Source: a virus
IMG/VR virus record: IMGVR_UViG_3300006948_000003
Location: 1-54,983 of that record
Length of the DNA: 54,983 nucleotides
Reading direction: 5' to 3' (one strand)
In this document: piece after piece, positions 53,014-54,983 of the stretch
How the letters are laid out: the number at the start of each line of letters is the position of its first letter
Position numbering within the stretch: position 1 is the stretch's first letter
Translations under genes and position numbers: made by a program
The notes under the pieces: model-generated
Database searches by the model: none
The model's input: the letters and a program-made list of their open reading frames with translations, nothing else
What the model was told of the DNA's origin: nothing

Positions 53014-53463
53014 CTACGGCCGCCAGTCCTCGCGGTAGCCGGGCCGGTCCGCGTACACGGCGGCGAGCAGGCGCAGTACGTAGTCGTGGTGGAGCAGCCG
53101 CTTACTGGACTCCAGATGCCGCCAGCACGCCTCGGTGTCGTCGTAATGGATGGGCCGCTGCCCCTCGTAGTTGATGCACGGCAGCCCCGGGTGTGGATCG
53201 GACCCGGGTGGCAGGTAGGCATCCACGATCTGCCGCTTGGCGTCGATCTCGCGCAGCACCCGCGCCGGATCGTGGTCGGCGATGAAGCTACGCGGCGTAT
53301 ACGACTCGGACACCACGTCCGCGCCCGTGTCGCTGCTCACGGACTCCATCGCATCGTTGTTCGTCCACACGGCGCCGAACGCATCGGCCGTCAGTCGCGC
53401 CTCCTCAGCCTCCGCGTCGAGCTGCTCACCGAGCCAGCGTGCGAGATCCTCCACAGTCGTCAC
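53014..53463 (-). CDS. DUF6221-like protein
   Basis: ORF track, 149 aa. Contains HDPARVLREIDAKRQIVD and LLAAVYADRPGYREDWRP. Family assignment is from memory. Confidence 0.7.
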   Translation of the reverse strand: MTTVEDLARWLGEQLDAEAEEARLTADAFGAVWTNNDAMESVSSDTGADVVSESYTPRSFIADHDPARVLREIDAKRQIVDAYLPPGSDPHPGLPCINYEGQRPIHYDDTEACWRHLESSKRLLHHDYVLRLLAAVYADRPGYREDWRP

Positions 53464-53466
53464 CCC

Positions 53467-53679
53467 TCACAGATCATTCGGCGCGAGATCGAAGAACAGC
53501 GTCGTTGGATTATCGAGGCTCGCCGCGCTACATGCCTCGCGGAACAGGCGGGCGTACAGCTCCTGCCGAGTCTCGCCGCGCCTGGGCATCACCAGGCCAT
53601 GTAGAGAGCGGTGCACAAGGTTGCCGTCACCGTTCACCCCCTGCACGGTGATCACAAAGTGGTACTCGTTCCTCGCCAC
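53467..53679 (-). CDS. Hypothetical small protein (70 aa)
   Basis: 3' end of the 283-aa track ORF. GTG at 53679 lies 7 nt after GGAGGA. Translation begins ARNEYHFVITVQGVNGDGNLV... Confidence 0.55.
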   Translation of the reverse strand: MARNEYHFVITVQGVNGDGNLVHRSLHGLVMPRRGETRQELYARLFREACSAASLDNPTTLFFDLAPNDL

Positions 53680-53681
53680 CG

Positions 53682-53972
53682 CTACTCCTCCGCGTCCTTC
53701 TTGACCCGATCTCTCCCGGACCGCGAGTAACCCGCTGTCAGGTCCTGGATCGTCGTTGGCGACACGCCGAGTTCCTTCGCGACCTTCCGTACGGAGGCGT
53801 CGTCGGGCTCTAGCAGTTCCAGTACCGCCTGCCGCCGAACCTCGCGGAGCGCTTTGCTGTGTTCGGGCCACTCCTTGAGCACCCTCGCCACAGCGAGCGC
53901 GCGCGCTTTTGGATCTTCGATCTCGCCAAGACCCGCGAGAGCATCCAGCACGCGCTGCACCTCCTTCTCCAT
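53682..53972 (-). CDS. Small HTH DNA-binding regulator (96 aa; alternative starts at 54035 and 54104)
   Basis: ORF track 53682..54104. ATG at 53972 gives MEKEVQRVLDALAG... HTH segment SVRKVAKELGVSPTTIQDL. Confidence 0.7.
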   Translation of the reverse strand: MEKEVQRVLDALAGLGEIEDPKARALAVARVLKEWPEHSKALREVRRQAVLELLEPDDASVRKVAKELGVSPTTIQDLTAGYSRSGRDRVKKDAEE

Positions 53973-54007
53973 GCCCTGTCCCTTCCGTGGGCAGGTCGCG
54001 TTGCCAG

Positions 54008-54027
54008 TGTACGGGATATCCCGTACA
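54008..54027. promoter_or_regulatory. Perfect 20-bp palindrome TGTACGGGATATCCCGTACA (candidate operator)
   Basis: Lies 36 bp upstream of the ATG at 53972, in the divergent region between the HTH gene and the 54132 operon. Confidence 0.6.
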
Positions 54028-54131
54028 GTCGGCATCAGGCAGCCCACGCTGCTGACCAATAAGAACGGCCCGGCAGGGGTTGCGCCCCCTGCCGGGCCAG
54101 CCATCCACCTGCTTCACCAGGAGAGATGACC

Positions 54132-54299
54132 ATGGCCGATCGTATCGACCCGCAACCCCAACATCCCACCCCCGTCGCCGAAGACGCGATCGCGAGCGTG
54201 GCCGAACTCCACCAGCGCGCCGCCGTCGACTACGCCCAGAACTGGGGACAGCCCGACGTCCGCGCCCAGGCCAGCGACGAGCAGGACGGTGGCCACTGA
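54132..54299 (+). CDS. Hypothetical small protein (55 aa; alternative ATG at 54126)
   Basis: Below the track cutoff. CAGGAGAG RBS. Translation MADRIDPQPQHPTPVAEDAIASVAELHQRAAVDYAQNWGQPDVRAQASDEQDGGH. Confidence 0.5.
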   Translation: MADRIDPQPQHPTPVAEDAIASVAELHQRAAVDYAQNWGQPDVRAQASDEQDGGH

Positions 54300-54529
54300 T
54301 GGTGTTCCTCGACCGCACTCAGATGACCGAACTCGCCGCCGACCGGGACCGCCTCGCCAGCCAGGCTGAGGCCACGGCGGCATCCAACAGCGACAGCACC
54401 ACCCAGCGGTTCGCGACCCAGTGCGCTGCCGACCTCCGCGACCACGCCAACCAGCTGCGCCACGGCATCAACCCGTACGAGGGCGACTCCGAGGTCTGGC
54501 AGCCGGGCCCGCAGGGCGGTGGTCACTGA
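54299..54529 (+). CDS. Hypothetical small protein (76 aa)
   Basis: Frame of ORF 54080..54529. TGATG junction. Ends ...GPQGGGH, similar to the previous ORF's ending. Confidence 0.55.
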   Translation: MVFLDRTQMTELAADRDRLASQAEATAASNSDSTTQRFATQCAADLRDHANQLRHGINPYEGDSEVWQPGPQGGGH

Positions 54530-54762
54530 TGGGCGCCCTGTCCTGGCTGTTCGGCGGCAACGACCACGAACTCGCCGAGACGCAATACGAAGGCCGCGAG
54601 TCCGCGAGTGACCGGGCAGCACGCCGCGAACGAGCCCCCCGCAGCAGCACCTTCGGCAGGCCCTCCCGCAACAACCGCGAGGCCGCCCGCGAAGGCCAGG
54701 AGTGGGAGGACGACCTCTGGCGGCACATCCCCAAGACCGCCTGGTTCCGCGGGAAAGGCTGA
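54529..54762 (+). CDS. Hypothetical small basic protein (77 aa)
   Basis: Frame of ORF 54421..54762. TGATG junction. Confidence 0.55.
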   Translation: MGALSWLFGGNDHELAETQYEGRESASDRAARRERAPRSSTFGRPSRNNREAAREGQEWEDDLWRHIPKTAWFRGKG

Positions 54763-54772
54763 AGAGACCGCC

Positions 54773-54859
54773 ATGGGAGAGCGCTTCTGGTACGGCCTCG
54801 GAATCCTCGCCAGCATCGCGTCCGGCGTCTTCGCCGTGACATGGATGACCACCCACTGA
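54773..54859 (+). CDS. 28-aa single-TM micropeptide, tentative
   Basis: Frame of ORF 54608..54859. Translation MGERFWYGLGILASIASGVFAVTWMTTH. Followed by the hairpin at 54873-54917. Confidence 0.35.
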   Translation: MGERFWYGLGILASIASGVFAVTWMTTH

Positions 54860-54860
54860 C

Positions 54861-54983
54861 CCACCCCTGATCGGCCGGCCCCGCGCGCTTCCACCCCCAC
54901 GGCGCTCGGGGCCGGTCCCCTTCCCGCTCCCAGGAGAGCACCGTGACGACCCCACAAGGCGACCGTCGACTCACCACCCTGCA
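54861..54983. repeat. Second copy of the 123-bp terminal repeat (equals 1..123)
   Basis: Identical sequence. It contains the hairpin, the RBS and the first 41 nt of gene 83. Confidence 0.95.

Larger units (their letters stand above)
1..54983. mobile_element. Complete temperate siphovirus / prophage-type genome in circular representation
   Basis: Contains terminase, portal, capsid, tail, lysis, serine integrase, repressor/cro and replication genes. The ends overlap by 123 bp. Confidence 0.9.

Noticed and set aside
53680-54318. Upstream 213 codons of the 283-aa minus-strand ORF 53467..54318
   Set aside because: The sequence is Arg/Gly-rich shadow and overlaps the HTH gene in another frame. 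Only the last 70 codons have an RBS, a GTG start and coding-like composition.

Overview
The window is one complete, circularly closed genome of a high-GC temperate siphovirus or prophage. The unit length is 54,860 bp, and bases 1-123 recur exactly at 54861-54983. Codon usage is Streptomyces-like: GC-rich third positions, many GTG starts, GGAGG-type RBS.

Gene order on the + strand:
- a plasmid-like membrane-protein module (83-2521)
- four small self-terminated moron-like units, including two lipoproteins (2591-4247)
- terminase small and large subunits, portal, MuF-like protein, scaffold, major capsid
- several head and connector genes, with an inserted-looking pair at 12706-14167
- major tail protein, G/G-T tail chaperone with a -1 slippery heptamer, tape measure
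- one giant and one small minor tail protein
- a lysis cassette: amidase endolysin, holin, coiled-coil membrane protein, membrane-anchored collagen-like protein
- an accessory island: Endo VII, a divergent small ORF, HAD hydrolase, and an XRE-TPR regulator with three small ORFs

On the minus strand follow a small HTH gene, a large serine integrase, a small ORF and the immunity repressor. The repressor is divergent from a cro-like gene that heads a long early operon. That operon encodes a Cas4/RecB-type exonuclease, an SSB-like protein, a DUF2303-like protein, a primase-polymerase/helicase, RusA, a C5 DNA methyltransferase and many small ORFs. About 35 gene junctions in the genome are ATGA, GTGA or TGATG overlaps.

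Near the right end, a three-gene minus-strand cassette has an HTH regulator and a perfect 20-bp palindrome. It faces an operon of small ORFs that reads across the circular junction toward the membrane module.

I found no rRNA, no convincing tRNA, no CRISPR and no transposase. All functional calls come from motif recognition in the translated ORFs; no database search was possible.
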